A stretch of 64,000 nt of DNA from an uncultured Gammaproteobacteria bacterium (GCA_964486505.1 CAZAMC010000002.1:65656-129655); one strand, 5' to 3'. Shown: positions 42,759 to 52,535, counted from the stretch's first letter. Made by a program: numbers and translations. Notes: generated by a model from the sequence alone, not told the origin.

Positions 42759-43322
42759 ATGGACTACCGTTCAATGCTCGCCAATCCAAGAATTCGTTTG
42801 GTCCCCGCCCAAGTTGCGGATGCCGAACGTATCGTCACTGCCTTACAGCCTGCAGCAACGCAAAACCTTTCGTTCTTCGCGCACAATGATCTCACACTAG
42901 ATCGCCAGCGGAGGTACATCGAGCGTATGCGCCGTGACGAGCACTATCTGTGGGTTGTGGAGCGGACCAGCGACGGCGCCATCATTGGTACTGCCGGCCT
43001 GCACGAGATTGACCGTAACAACCACAATGCTCGTCTGGGCGTGCTCATCTTTCGCCAGGAAGATCGCGGTCAGGGGTATGGCACAGAGGCCATCCTCCAG
43101 GTACTCCAGAAAGCTTTTAGCGGGTTCGCCTTGCATAAGGTGTACCTCAAAGTCTTCACGGATAACATTCGGTCCACAAGCCACTACATGCAACTTGGTT
43201 TTACCACCATGGAAGGAATTTTCCGCCAGGAGTACTGGCTTAACGGTGGGTACAAAGACATGTTCCGTCTAGCCATGTTCCGCGATGACTGGACGGAGCG
43301 GTACTGGTACCACCCGAAGTAA
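42759..43322 (+). CDS. GNAT acetyltransferase (RimJ/RimL-like)
   Basis: RGQGYGTEA acetyl-CoA motif; LHKVYLKV..DN. Confidence 0.88.
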   Translation: MDYRSMLANPRIRLVPAQVADAERIVTALQPAATQNLSFFAHNDLTLDRQRRYIERMRRDEHYLWVVERTSDGAIIGTAGLHEIDRNNHNARLGVLIFRQEDRGQGYGTEAILQVLQKAFSGFALHKVYLKVFTDNIRSTSHYMQLGFTTMEGIFRQEYWLNGGYKDMFRLAMFRDDWTERYWYHPK

Positions 43323-43329
43323 TTTCTGT

Positions 43330-43423
43330 GGTTGGCGATGGATTTTTCCTTCGCCAACCCTTTCCCTCGAGTGCCCCACAGTGGTGGGGGATTGGAGGGA
43401 AAGTATGGAAGACAACGTTCATT
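43330..43423 (+). ncRNA. Candidate structured RNA motif, copy 2
   Basis: Same architecture as 42656-42745. Confidence 0.55.
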
Positions 43424-43450
43424 ACATGCATCTACAAGAGGAGGTTCCGC

Positions 43451-44200
43451 ATGCAACTCGTGTATTGGCTTGAGCCATACCCCACGGTATGCACAATGTC
43501 TATGTTCCTGGCTGGCCCTACTGCTCGGCAAGGCGAAATTCCTTCCTGGCGAAAAGAGGCGGTGCGGCTGTTGGCTGAAGCGAATTGGGATGGAGCTGTG
43601 TTCATTCCTGAGCCGCGTCCCGGCACGCCCTGGCCGACGAAGCCCCAGCACGACATCATCGTCGACTGGGAAATCACCGGCTTGAACCGCGCCGACTGCA
43701 ACCTGTTCTGGGTGCCGCGGAGTGAAGATACGCTGCCTGGATTCACGACGAATATCGAATGGGGCGACTTCTTCAAGTCTGGGCGCGCAGTGCTCGGTTG
43801 CCCATCCACGGCCGTCCGCATGAACTACATGAAGTATCGCGGCTCGCAGTTCCATGTCCCGTTCGCGGATTCGCTTGAGGGGACCATCGCACATGCGATT
43901 GCCCTCATCGGTGCTGGCGGTACGCGGACTGAAGGTGAGTGCTGCATCCCTGCGCTTATCTGGACGCACCATGCATTCCAGGAGTGGTACCGTTCCGCAC
44001 ACGCCGCGGGCAACTGCATCCTCAACGCCACAGTGCTGTGGGTGAATCGCAAAGGCGGCGACTTCGCCATCGCCATAACCTTGCTGCGGCAAGAACCGGC
44101 ACCTGCGGAAAACGTCCTTCTCACGGGGGGCAGCTACGGCTACCAGATGCGTCGGTACCGCCTGGGTAGCACGGCCCGTCCTGAAGTTGAACTTTGGTAG
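43451..44200 (+). CDS. Nucleoside 2-deoxyribosyltransferase-like protein
   Basis: FLAGPT, SWR, FIPEPR, DWE..GL..AD..LFWVPR, GFTTNIEWG. Confidence 0.8.
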   Translation: MQLVYWLEPYPTVCTMSMFLAGPTARQGEIPSWRKEAVRLLAEANWDGAVFIPEPRPGTPWPTKPQHDIIVDWEITGLNRADCNLFWVPRSEDTLPGFTTNIEWGDFFKSGRAVLGCPSTAVRMNYMKYRGSQFHVPFADSLEGTIAHAIALIGAGGTRTEGECCIPALIWTHHAFQEWYRSAHAAGNCILNATVLWVNRKGGDFAIAITLLRQEPAPAENVLLTGGSYGYQMRRYRLGSTARPEVELW

Positions 44201-44322
44201 TGCAGGTGGTGGAAGCGATACAAAGCTTCTACCACCCTTTATCCGAGTTGCTACACCTTTTGGCAATTCAGGTAAAAGCAAATATTCATTGACAATTACA
44301 TACATCAGAAAGGAGGCGCACC

Positions 44323-46326
44323 ATGCGCTTCGAACAGGATTTTCCAGATATCCGACGTCATGGTTTTGCCCGCGTGGCAGCGGTGGTTCCCGAGGTTAGT
44401 CTCACGCATCCCATGCAAAATGCGAAGAATCACCTGACGTACCTTGAGGATGCATACAACCAAGGGGCAATGTACGCTGTGTGCCCTGAGTTGGGCCTGA
44501 CCGGCTACAGCAGCGGCGATCTGTTTTTCTCCGAGACCCTGACGGACGCGGTGCTGGATGCTCTGGACTGGCTCGTCCAGAAAACCGATGGTTGGGATAT
44601 GCTCATCTCCGTGGGCGTGCCGCTGGTGGTTGACGCGCAGCTCTACAATTGCGCCGTCACGTTCTGTAATGGGGAAATTCTTGGAGTGACGCCGAAGGCC
44701 TACCCACCGGAGTACCGAGAGTTTTACGAAGCGCGGCACTTTGCCCGCGCTAGTAACGCTCGTAGCACGACCATCGCTCTCCTCAACCAGAGCGACGTGC
44801 CTTTTGGTACGGACATCATTATCCGTTCGCGAACCAACCCGAACTTCGCCGTCTTCACCGAGATTTGCGAAGACCTGTGGGTGCCCATCCCGCCGAGCAC
44901 GCACGCCGCGCTCGCGGGCGCCACCATCCTCGGCAACCTCTCCGCTTCTAATATCACTATTGGGAAAGGGGAGTATCGTCGGCAGCTGGTGCTGGATTCG
45001 TCTGGCCGCAACCTGGCCGTGCAGATCTACTGCGCGGCAGGATTTGGTGAGTCCACCGCCGACCTCGCCTGGGATGGGGAAGCCCTCATTGCCCAAGGCG
45101 GAAAGCTCCTGGCGACGAATACGCGTTTCGCTCTCCACGGTTCTTGCATTGTGACCGACGTGGACCTCCATGCGCTCATGCACGATCGGCGGCAGAGTTC
45201 CTTCCGGCAGAATGCGTCGGACGATGGGAAGCCATTCCGCATCGTCTACTGTGATGCTGACTTAGGCGCCGGTGCCGATAATGCATTGCTGGAATTCCGC
45301 TACCCCCTGGAGCAGCACCCGTTTGTGCCTGAAGATCCGGGAACGCGTGATGAGCGCTGCCAGGAAACGTTCAACATCCAGACGTCGGCCCTGGCCATGC
45401 GTATCTCGTCGCTGCCGCCCAACTACCGGAAACTAGTCCTCGGACTCTCCGGGGGCCAGGATTCCACGCACGCGTTGCTCGTGGCGGTCTACACAATGGA
45501 CCTCCTCAAGCTGCCGCGGACCAATGTGATTGCCGTTACTATGCCTGGTTTCGGCACCACCCCACGGACCAAGGGGAATGCCCAGGCACTCGCCGAAGCT
45601 CTCGGCGTGACCTTCAAGGACATCTCCATTGTGCCTCTGGCTACTGCACTTCTGGAAAGCGTTGGGCACGACCTGACTGACCACAATGTAACCTACGAGA
45701 ACAGCCAAGCCTGGTCACGGAAGATGGTTGAGCTTGCCCTCGCTGGCAAGCTCGGCGCCATCGACCAGGGTACGGGCGACCTCTCGGAGCTCGCGCTCGG
45801 CTGGTGCACGATGTTCGGTGACCACGCCTCGCACTACAACCCAAACGCGGGCGTGCCGAAGACGCTTATCAGCCACCTCATTCGGTGGTCTGCAGAATAC
45901 GTTTTCGCGGAGGAAGCAGAAGTGAAGAAAGTCCTGCTGGACATACTGGATACACCCATATCCCCCGAGCTGCAGCCAGCCGGTGCTGACGGGCAGATTG
46001 TCCAGAAGACGGAGTCAATCGTCGGTCCGTATGCGCTCCACGACTTCTTCCTGTTCTACTTCGTTCGCCACGGGCGCTCGCCCTTCACTATTGCCCGGCT
46101 TGCGGCGCAGGCCTTCGACGGGCAGTACACGCTGGTCGAGATCAAGAAGTGGCTGAAGGTGTTCATCCAGAAGTTCTTCGGGAACCAGTTCAAACGGAAC
46201 TGTGTGCCGGATGGACCGAAGGTGGGGCTCACCTCACTCTCGCCGCGCGGGGACTGGCGCATGCCACCTGAGGCCGACGCCGGTCCGTGGCTGGCGGAGC
46301 TCGACGAAGTTCCTGATCGTTTGTGA
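44323..46326 (+). CDS. nadE: Glutamine-dependent NAD+ synthetase
   Basis: Nitrilase domain (PEL, PK, ICEDLW) plus GLSGGQDST and KRNCVPDGPKVG...SPRGDWRMP. Confidence 0.96.
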   Translation: MRFEQDFPDIRRHGFARVAAVVPEVSLTHPMQNAKNHLTYLEDAYNQGAMYAVCPELGLTGYSSGDLFFSETLTDAVLDALDWLVQKTDGWDMLISVGVPLVVDAQLYNCAVTFCNGEILGVTPKAYPPEYREFYEARHFARASNARSTTIALLNQSDVPFGTDIIIRSRTNPNFAVFTEICEDLWVPIPPSTHAALAGATILGNLSASNITIGKGEYRRQLVLDSSGRNLAVQIYCAAGFGESTADLAWDGEALIAQGGKLLATNTRFALHGSCIVTDVDLHALMHDRRQSSFRQNASDDGKPFRIVYCDADLGAGADNALLEFRYPLEQHPFVPEDPGTRDERCQETFNIQTSALAMRISSLPPNYRKLVLGLSGGQDSTHALLVAVYTMDLLKLPRTNVIAVTMPGFGTTPRTKGNAQALAEALGVTFKDISIVPLATALLESVGHDLTDHNVTYENSQAWSRKMVELALAGKLGAIDQGTGDLSELALGWCTMFGDHASHYNPNAGVPKTLISHLIRWSAEYVFAEEAEVKKVLLDILDTPISPELQPAGADGQIVQKTESIVGPYALHDFFLFYFVRHGRSPFTIARLAAQAFDGQYTLVEIKKWLKVFIQKFFGNQFKRNCVPDGPKVGLTSLSPRGDWRMPPEADAGPWLAELDEVPDRL

Positions 46327-46340
46327 GTTCGCTCATTCAT

Positions 46341-46373
46341 AGAAACCCCGATGCACTCGCGTCGGGGTTTTCT
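46341..46373 (+). terminator. Intrinsic terminator ending the NAD operon
   Basis: aaaccccga...tcggggttttct hairpin with T-tract. Confidence 0.7.
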
Positions 46374-46443
46374 CTTGACCACAGCGCGTGCATGTGGTAC
46401 GTTTTCTTGCTTTGCAAGACCAACACCTAACCAAGGAGTGGCA

Positions 46444-47001
46444 TTGAAAACCTGTGCGGACTGTAATGGAAAAGGATACCATCGCGGTGGTTTCCTGTGG
46501 CTGTCGACCAAGACGTGCTCGACCTGCAAGGGCTCGGGCGAAGCGCCCCAACTGAGACCGGTTCAACGCACGCCTGAAGACGAGGCCTTCATTGGCCAGA
46601 CGTACCGCTGCGACGCCTTTCGAACGTCACGGGCGTCCACTGCTCGGCCTGCCGGGGTCGTACCTTCGCCCCAGTCAGGTGCCGATAACAACGACCCGCT
46701 GACCACTGGGCTCCTTACCGAAGCCGTGGGTGGCGATGGTCTTACGGCTGGCGTCGTTTCTTCCTTGACCGGCAGTGACACGCTCGGCGTCATCGCTGGC
46801 TTGGCGGCAGAGGGTAGCTGCACCAATGACGACCCCGATCGTTTTGGGGGTGGCCATTCCGGCGGCGCCGGTGCCAGTGGTGACTTCCACGACCCCAGTC
46901 CCAACGTCGATCACGGTAGTCATGGCGTCGACCACGGTGGCCATGACGTTGATGTTTCTGACGACGGACCCGACCTCGATTTTGACCTCGATTTCGACTA
47001 A
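46444..47001 (+). CDS. DnaJ-type zinc-finger protein with Gly/Asp/His-rich tail
   Basis: CADCNGKG...CSTCKGSG; FGGGHSGGAGASG; AAGGAG SD before TTG. Confidence 0.6.
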   Translation: MKTCADCNGKGYHRGGFLWLSTKTCSTCKGSGEAPQLRPVQRTPEDEAFIGQTYRCDAFRTSRASTARPAGVVPSPQSGADNNDPLTTGLLTEAVGGDGLTAGVVSSLTGSDTLGVIAGLAAEGSCTNDDPDRFGGGHSGGAGASGDFHDPSPNVDHGSHGVDHGGHDVDVSDDGPDLDFDLDFD

Positions 47002-47089
47002 CAGCGAATGTTGAGCGGTACAAGTGTGCCCTTTATGAAAACCGGATGATCCACATCCGGTTTTTTCGTACGCGTGCTACGATTATGCC

Positions 47090-49582
47090 ATGTCGGAAGC
47101 TCCACAGAGGTCTACAGGCCTGTCCACGGCCGAGGCGGCGGCCCGCTTGGTTCAGTACGGGCCGAATAGCATTGCGACGAAGCGCAAGCTCCGGCCCATT
47201 GTGGCATTTGTAAAGAAGTTCAACAGCCCCCTCCTCATCATCCTCATGGGCGCGTCGGTGGTATCATTCTTCACCGGCAACCCGACGAGTGGCGCCATTC
47301 TCATTGGTATGGTGCTGCTTTCGGTCATCCTCGATTTCACGAACACCTATCGTTCTGAGCGCGCCGTGGAATCGCTCGTCGCCCGGGTGGTGACTACGGC
47401 GACGGCCATTCGGGACGGTCACGAGCAAGAAGTGCCGCTCACCAGTATCGTCCCCGGGGACGTGGTCGTTCTTTCAGCCGGCGATGTAGTACCAGCCGAT
47501 GGCCGAGTGCTGGAGGGCAATGATTTCTTTATCAACCAATCAGTGCTCACCGGCGAATCAATCCCAGTTGAGAAAGCGCCTGGTCGGGGGCGCCCGAACG
47601 CCGCTCTCGACGTGAGCGCGCCAGATGTAGTGCTCATGGGCACGAGTGTTGTGACCGGGTACGCAACGATCACGGTTGTGCAAACGGGTCGGCGAACCGA
47701 GTTTGGGAAAATTGCTGAACGCTTAACCGAGGCCGATCAGGAGACTGACTTTGAGCGCAACATGCGGAAGTTCAGCGGCTTCGTCATGTGGCTGACCTTC
47801 ATCATGGTGGTAGTGGTTTTTGCAATTAACGCCGCGGTTGGCCGGGGTTTATTTGACTCCTTTGTTTTTGCCATTGCTATCGCCGTGGGCCTCACGCCCG
47901 AACTCCTGCCTGTCATCATGTCCGTTTCGCTTAGTCGTGGTGCAGTGCGTATGGCCGCCGCGGGCGTCATCGTCAAGCATCTGCCGGCCATCCAGAATTT
48001 TGGCCGTATGGATGTGCTCTGCACCGACAAGACTGGTACGCTCACCGAGAACCGCATTGTGGTTGTGCGGTACATCGATGTTACTGGTGCTCGGGTGGAA
48101 GACGTGCTCCGCTTTGCCTACTGCACGAGCGCGTTCCACACCGGGGTTCCCAACCCGCTCGACGAAGCCGTCCGAGATTACCGGCAGTGGGACATAAGCG
48201 ACCTCAAGAAGATTGATGAGATCCCCTTTGATTTTGCTCGTCGGCGCGAGTCGGTCGTCGTGGACCAAGGGCAACGGCGCTTGCTCATCACGAAAGGTGC
48301 GCCCGAAGCGGTCTTTGATATTTGCACACAGGTAGAACGTGATCGCCGGGCTGAACCATTCGACGCCGCCGCCCGCACGCAGGCCCACGAGACGTTTACC
48401 CGGATGTCCCAGGAAGGGTACAAGGTCCTGGCGGTTGCGTACCGGGAGGTAGCGGTGCGCCAGGGAACCTACGAGCGCAATGAAGAGCAGGGGATGGTTT
48501 TCCTTGGCTACGTGGCGTTCATGGATCCGGCGAAAGACACGGCCAAAGAGGCGCTCGCGGAATTGGAGCACCTGGGTATTGGCGTGAAAATTCTCACCGG
48601 CGATAACGAGCTACTTACGGCAAAGGTGTGCCGGGACCTGGATTTGCCCATCACCGGAATTATGACCGGCGAGCAGATGCGAAACCTGAGCACCCTTGAG
48701 CTGCGCAAAGCCGTCGTGGACACGACCATCTTCGCTCGCATTACCCCGGAGCAGAAGGAGCGGATTATCCGCACCTTGCAGGAGGTTGGAAAGGTCGTCG
48801 GTTACCTGGGCGATGGCATTAACGATGCGCCGGCTTTGAAAGCTGCTGATGTGGGGGTGTCGGTGAACAACGCCGTGGACGTCGCCAAGGAAACCGCAGA
48901 CTTCATCCTGCTCAAGAAAAGTTTACGCGTGCTCAAAGACGGAGTCATTGAAGGTCGCCGGACGTTCCGCAATACCATGAAGTACGTGTTCATGGGCTTG
49001 AGCTCCAACTTTGGCAACATGGCTTCTATGGTTGCGGCATCGGCGTTCCTGCCCTTCCTGCCCATGCTGCCGCCGCAAGTTCTCCTAAATAACTTCCTCT
49101 ACGACTCTTCGCAACTTTCGTTGGCCTCCGATCGGGTTGATGATGCCGACATTGTCCGCCCCACGGCCTGGAACCTTCACGCCATACGCCAGTACATGCT
49201 CACCTTCGGGCCCATTAGTTCACTCTTCGACTTCATCACGTTTGGTTTCCTCTTTTGGATGTTTCGGAATGCGGAGCACCAGTTTCAAACCGGTTGGTTC
49301 ATGGAATCCATTGCCACCCAGGTTTTCGTCATTTACATCATTCGGACACGCAAGATTCCTTTCTTGCAGAGCCGGCCCAGCCGGCTGTTGCTGGTGAACA
49401 CGCTCTTGGTGGTGGCGGTCGCATGGCTGCTGCCACACTTGCCATTCACCCGCGTCCTCAATTTCCAACCCTTGCCACTCGGGATCATCGGCGGGCTCCT
49501 GGGCATCGTAGTTGCATACCTCCTGGTCGTGGAGGTGGTAAAGCACTGGTTTTACAAACGTGAAGCTCGCCTAAGCACCTAG
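47090..49582 (+). CDS. mgtA: Mg2+-transporting P-type ATPase
   Basis: TGES, LTPELLP, DKTGT, GDGINDAP, LLNNFLYD, FQTGWF.ES. Confidence 0.93.
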   Translation: MSEAPQRSTGLSTAEAAARLVQYGPNSIATKRKLRPIVAFVKKFNSPLLIILMGASVVSFFTGNPTSGAILIGMVLLSVILDFTNTYRSERAVESLVARVVTTATAIRDGHEQEVPLTSIVPGDVVVLSAGDVVPADGRVLEGNDFFINQSVLTGESIPVEKAPGRGRPNAALDVSAPDVVLMGTSVVTGYATITVVQTGRRTEFGKIAERLTEADQETDFERNMRKFSGFVMWLTFIMVVVVFAINAAVGRGLFDSFVFAIAIAVGLTPELLPVIMSVSLSRGAVRMAAAGVIVKHLPAIQNFGRMDVLCTDKTGTLTENRIVVVRYIDVTGARVEDVLRFAYCTSAFHTGVPNPLDEAVRDYRQWDISDLKKIDEIPFDFARRRESVVVDQGQRRLLITKGAPEAVFDICTQVERDRRAEPFDAAARTQAHETFTRMSQEGYKVLAVAYREVAVRQGTYERNEEQGMVFLGYVAFMDPAKDTAKEALAELEHLGIGVKILTGDNELLTAKVCRDLDLPITGIMTGEQMRNLSTLELRKAVVDTTIFARITPEQKERIIRTLQEVGKVVGYLGDGINDAPALKAADVGVSVNNAVDVAKETADFILLKKSLRVLKDGVIEGRRTFRNTMKYVFMGLSSNFGNMASMVAASAFLPFLPMLPPQVLLNNFLYDSSQLSLASDRVDDADIVRPTAWNLHAIRQYMLTFGPISSLFDFITFGFLFWMFRNAEHQFQTGWFMESIATQVFVIYIIRTRKIPFLQSRPSRLLLVNTLLVVAVAWLLPHLPFTRVLNFQPLPLGIIGGLLGIVVAYLLVVEVVKHWFYKREARLST

Positions 49583-49585
49583 CCT

Positions 49586-50005
49586 ATGCAGTGGATTATT
49601 TTTGCGCTTCTCTCGGCCGCCTTCGCCGCGCTCGTTGCCATCTTTGGGAAAATTGGCATTAAGGGTATTGACTCCACCTTGGCCACCAGCGTCCGCGCCG
49701 TGGTTATGGCAGTGTTCCTCGTGGTGGTCGCCCTCGTGCTGGGGAAAGCGAAACTCCTGCACACTATTGAGAATCGAACGCTGCTCTTCATCGTTTTCTC
49801 AGGGGTTGCCGGAGCGCTCTCCTGGCTCTTCTACTTTTTTGCGCTTAAAACCGGTCCGGCCACTGGCGTGGCGGCCTTGGACCGGATGAGCGTAGTATTC
49901 GTGCTCATCCTCGCGGCGCTGTTCCTGGGCGAGCACCTCACCTGGAAGACTGGTCTTGGCGGCGTGCTCATTACCGCCGGGGCGGTGCTCATGACCCTGA
50001 AGTAG
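49586..50005 (+). CDS. EamA family transporter
   Basis: MQWIIFALLSAAFAALVAIFGKIG single EamA domain. Confidence 0.88.
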   Translation: MQWIIFALLSAAFAALVAIFGKIGIKGIDSTLATSVRAVVMAVFLVVVALVLGKAKLLHTIENRTLLFIVFSGVAGALSWLFYFFALKTGPATGVAALDRMSVVFVLILAALFLGEHLTWKTGLGGVLITAGAVLMTLK

Positions 50006-50053
50006 CAAAAAACTCCCCATCGCAACAGGGAGCTTTTTGGGTAATCAGTGGCC

Positions 50054-51154
50054 TTACACCCGTTTCTCTTCGAACCGGAAAGTGAAGATGGCAAGGAAAA
50101 CGAGGACCACAGCCCAGCCCGTCACCCAGGCGAGGTCACCTTTGATCACATTAAAGCCCGCGCCGTTGCCGACGATCTCCCGTAAGGCATGGGCAAAAGG
50201 CTGCAAGGGGAGGTAGGTGACAACACTTTGCAGCCAGCCGGGCATGCTGCTGGTGGGGAAGAAGATGCCCGAGAGGAAGAGCATGGGGAAGATGATGATG
50301 TTGGCAATCGCGGGCACGGCGTCCACGGTTTTGGATAAACCGGAAATGGTAAAGCCCAACCCGAGGAACATGATGCCGCCTAGGAGCACCGTGAGCAGGA
50401 TGAGCAGGGGGTTACCGTAGATGTGGGACTTGAAGATGAGGGCGCCCACTAAGAGCAGAACGCCGGATTGCACCACAGCCACGATGAGGCGGGTGATAAC
50501 CTGCGAGACAACGAAGTCCTGTGGCTTCATAGGTGTAGCCAGCAAGCGCTTTAAGATGCCCTTTTCTTTGTAGTCCGTGAACAGGAAGGCCACCGAGAAC
50601 ACGGCCATTTGCATGATGGACATGGCGACGATCCCGGGCAAGAGGAAGTCGATGTACCGCACTTTCTTGGCGTTGATGTCCTGTACCTGCAAGTTGAAGA
50701 GCGTCGGCGCTTGCGCAACTTGCAGCGTGGTCTTGTCGAAGAGTTGCGTCAGGATGGTAATAGCGGTTTGCGCCTGCTGTTCGTAGGCAACGTTTTTGAG
50801 AATGGAAACATCCTTCGCGCTCGGTGCAGTTTTCGCGGCGGGATCTGGAAACAGGTCGTTCGGCACGAGCAGCACAACCGCGCGGTCACCTTTCTGCAGG
50901 GCGGCCCGTTCATCGGCTTCGGTGCCGGTATGCACGTGGAATGCTTCTATGTTGTTGATGGATTCTACGAACGCAGCGGTGGCGGCGGCCGGCTTGTCGG
51001 TCACAATACCCAAGTCAATCTGCTGCGGCTTGTCGAAGCCAATGAGGCCGAAGATGCCAATGAAGATGAAGGGCATGAACAGGGTGAAGAAGAGTGCCTG
51101 CTTGTTGCGCACGAACATCTTCAGCGATGCGGCAGTGAGGGTTCGAATCGTCAT
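50054..51154 (-). CDS. ABC-2 type exporter permease
   Basis: YIDFLLPGI, KEKGILKRLLATP, FLSGIFFP. Confidence 0.9.
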   Translation of the reverse strand: MTIRTLTAASLKMFVRNKQALFFTLFMPFIFIGIFGLIGFDKPQQIDLGIVTDKPAAATAAFVESINNIEAFHVHTGTEADERAALQKGDRAVVLLVPNDLFPDPAAKTAPSAKDVSILKNVAYEQQAQTAITILTQLFDKTTLQVAQAPTLFNLQVQDINAKKVRYIDFLLPGIVAMSIMQMAVFSVAFLFTDYKEKGILKRLLATPMKPQDFVVSQVITRLIVAVVQSGVLLLVGALIFKSHIYGNPLLILLTVLLGGIMFLGLGFTISGLSKTVDAVPAIANIIIFPMLFLSGIFFPTSSMPGWLQSVVTYLPLQPFAHALREIVGNGAGFNVIKGDLAWVTGWAVVLVFLAIFTFRFEEKRV

Positions 51155-51178
51155 AGGGGTAGGGGAGTGATCGTGAGG

Positions 51179-52096
51179 TTATTCGCGGAGCTTTCGGCCG
51201 GTGAGCTTGAGGAACACGTCTTCCAGTGTGGCTTGGTGCACCTGCACATCGTGAAGGGCAATGCCCTGTTGCTGCGCAAAGGTGAACAGGGCAGGCAAGG
51301 TGACTTCGGGTTGCTTGGTCTTCAGAGTAAAGGCGTGGTCGTGCACCTCGGTGGCGGTAACCCCCGGGATGCTCTGCAAGTTGCTCATCTCAACTTTTTT
51401 GTCCACGTGACACTCGATAGTTGTGCCAACATCGGCAAGTTTTAAGAGGCCCGTGGGCGTATCCAGCGCGATAATTTTTGCATTGTCCATGATGGCAATG
51501 CGGTCGCAGAGTACCTCCGCTTCCTCCATGTAGTGCGTGGTGAGAATAATGGTTACGCCGCGACCCTTGATTTGGTTAATGAGGTCCCAGAGGTTGCGTC
51601 GAGCTTGGGGGTCTAAGCCCGTGGTCGGTTCGTCGAGGAACAGTACTTTTGGCTTGTTCACGAGCGCAACGGCAATTGACAAGCGTTGTTTCTGCCCGCC
51701 GGAGAGCTCCTTAACCCTGCTCTTTGCTTTTTCTTCAAGCTGCACTTCACGCAGGAGTTCCATGGCATCTACCTTCTGCTTGTAGAGAGCGCCGAAGGTC
51801 TCGATGAGCTCCTTGAGGTTAAGACCGTCGAAGAATGTCGAAGACTGGAGCTGCACACCAATGACTGCCTTCACGTCTCGGGTGTGGGTGGTGACATCCT
51901 TGCCGTCCAGCACCACGCTGCCGCTCGTAATACCCTTGAGACCCTCCATCATTTCCAGGGTGGTCGTTTTTCCAGCGCCATTGGGGCCAAGAATACCAAA
52001 CGTTTCGCCTTGGTGAACGGCGAATTGAATGCTATCCACAGCGGTAAAGTCGCCGTAGACTTTTTTGAGATTTGAAACCGTGATGATGTCGGCCAT
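51179..52096 (-). CDS. ABC transporter ATP-binding protein
   Basis: [22 protein letters not shown]. Confidence 0.95.
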   Translation of the reverse strand: MADIITVSNLKKVYGDFTAVDSIQFAVHQGETFGILGPNGAGKTTTLEMMEGLKGITSGSVVLDGKDVTTHTRDVKAVIGVQLQSSTFFDGLNLKELIETFGALYKQKVDAMELLREVQLEEKAKSRVKELSGGQKQRLSIAVALVNKPKVLFLDEPTTGLDPQARRNLWDLINQIKGRGVTIILTTHYMEEAEVLCDRIAIMDNAKIIALDTPTGLLKLADVGTTIECHVDKKVEMSNLQSIPGVTATEVHDHAFTLKTKQPEVTLPALFTFAQQQGIALHDVQVHQATLEDVFLKLTGRKLRE

Positions 52097-52103
52097 AGGG
52101 GTG

Positions 52104-52535
52104 TTAGGCTGAGAGACCTTGGATGAGAATGTCGAGAGTTTTAAGTAGGGAGTGACGCTGCACCGTCGTTATGCGCTGAAAGGCTTTAGTAAACTGGCTT
52201 TCGAGAATGTGGGCGGCGTGCTCGGCAATACGTTTTCCCTGAGGCGTGAGCGTGAGCTGGTTAGTGCGGCGACTGGTGGGATCCTGAACGAGGTGCACCA
52301 GCTTGTTTCGCTGGAGCGTTGCCAGCATCCGGCTCACGGCGGGTTCGGTGAGCCCATGGTACTGGGCAATGGTTCGCTGGTTGAGCTTGGCCCCGTGCAG
52401 CAGGGCAATGAGAATCCGAAACTGGGCGAAGGTGAGGTCACCCGCCACGCGCAGTCGCTGCTCAGCAGCGCGGCCCATGAGGCACGCGAGTTTGTGCACG
52501 CGCACGCCAATGTCTTTGGCAAAGGTTGTAGGCAT
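52104..52535 (-). CDS. MarR family transcriptional regulator
   Basis: LTFAQFRIL...VSRML...DPTSRR...LTPQG. Confidence 0.88.
   Translation of the reverse strand: MPTTFAKDIGVRVHKLACLMGRAAEQRLRVAGDLTFAQFRILIALLHGAKLNQRTIAQYHGLTEPAVSRMLATLQRNKLVHLVQDPTSRRTNQLTLTPQGKRIAEHAAHILESQFTKAFQRITTVQRHSLLKTLDILIQGLSA

Noticed and set aside
42679-43403. CRISPR array or integron attC sites
   Set aside because: There are only two copies separated by a whole gene, with no cas genes or integrase and no RYYYAAC/GTTRRRY cores.
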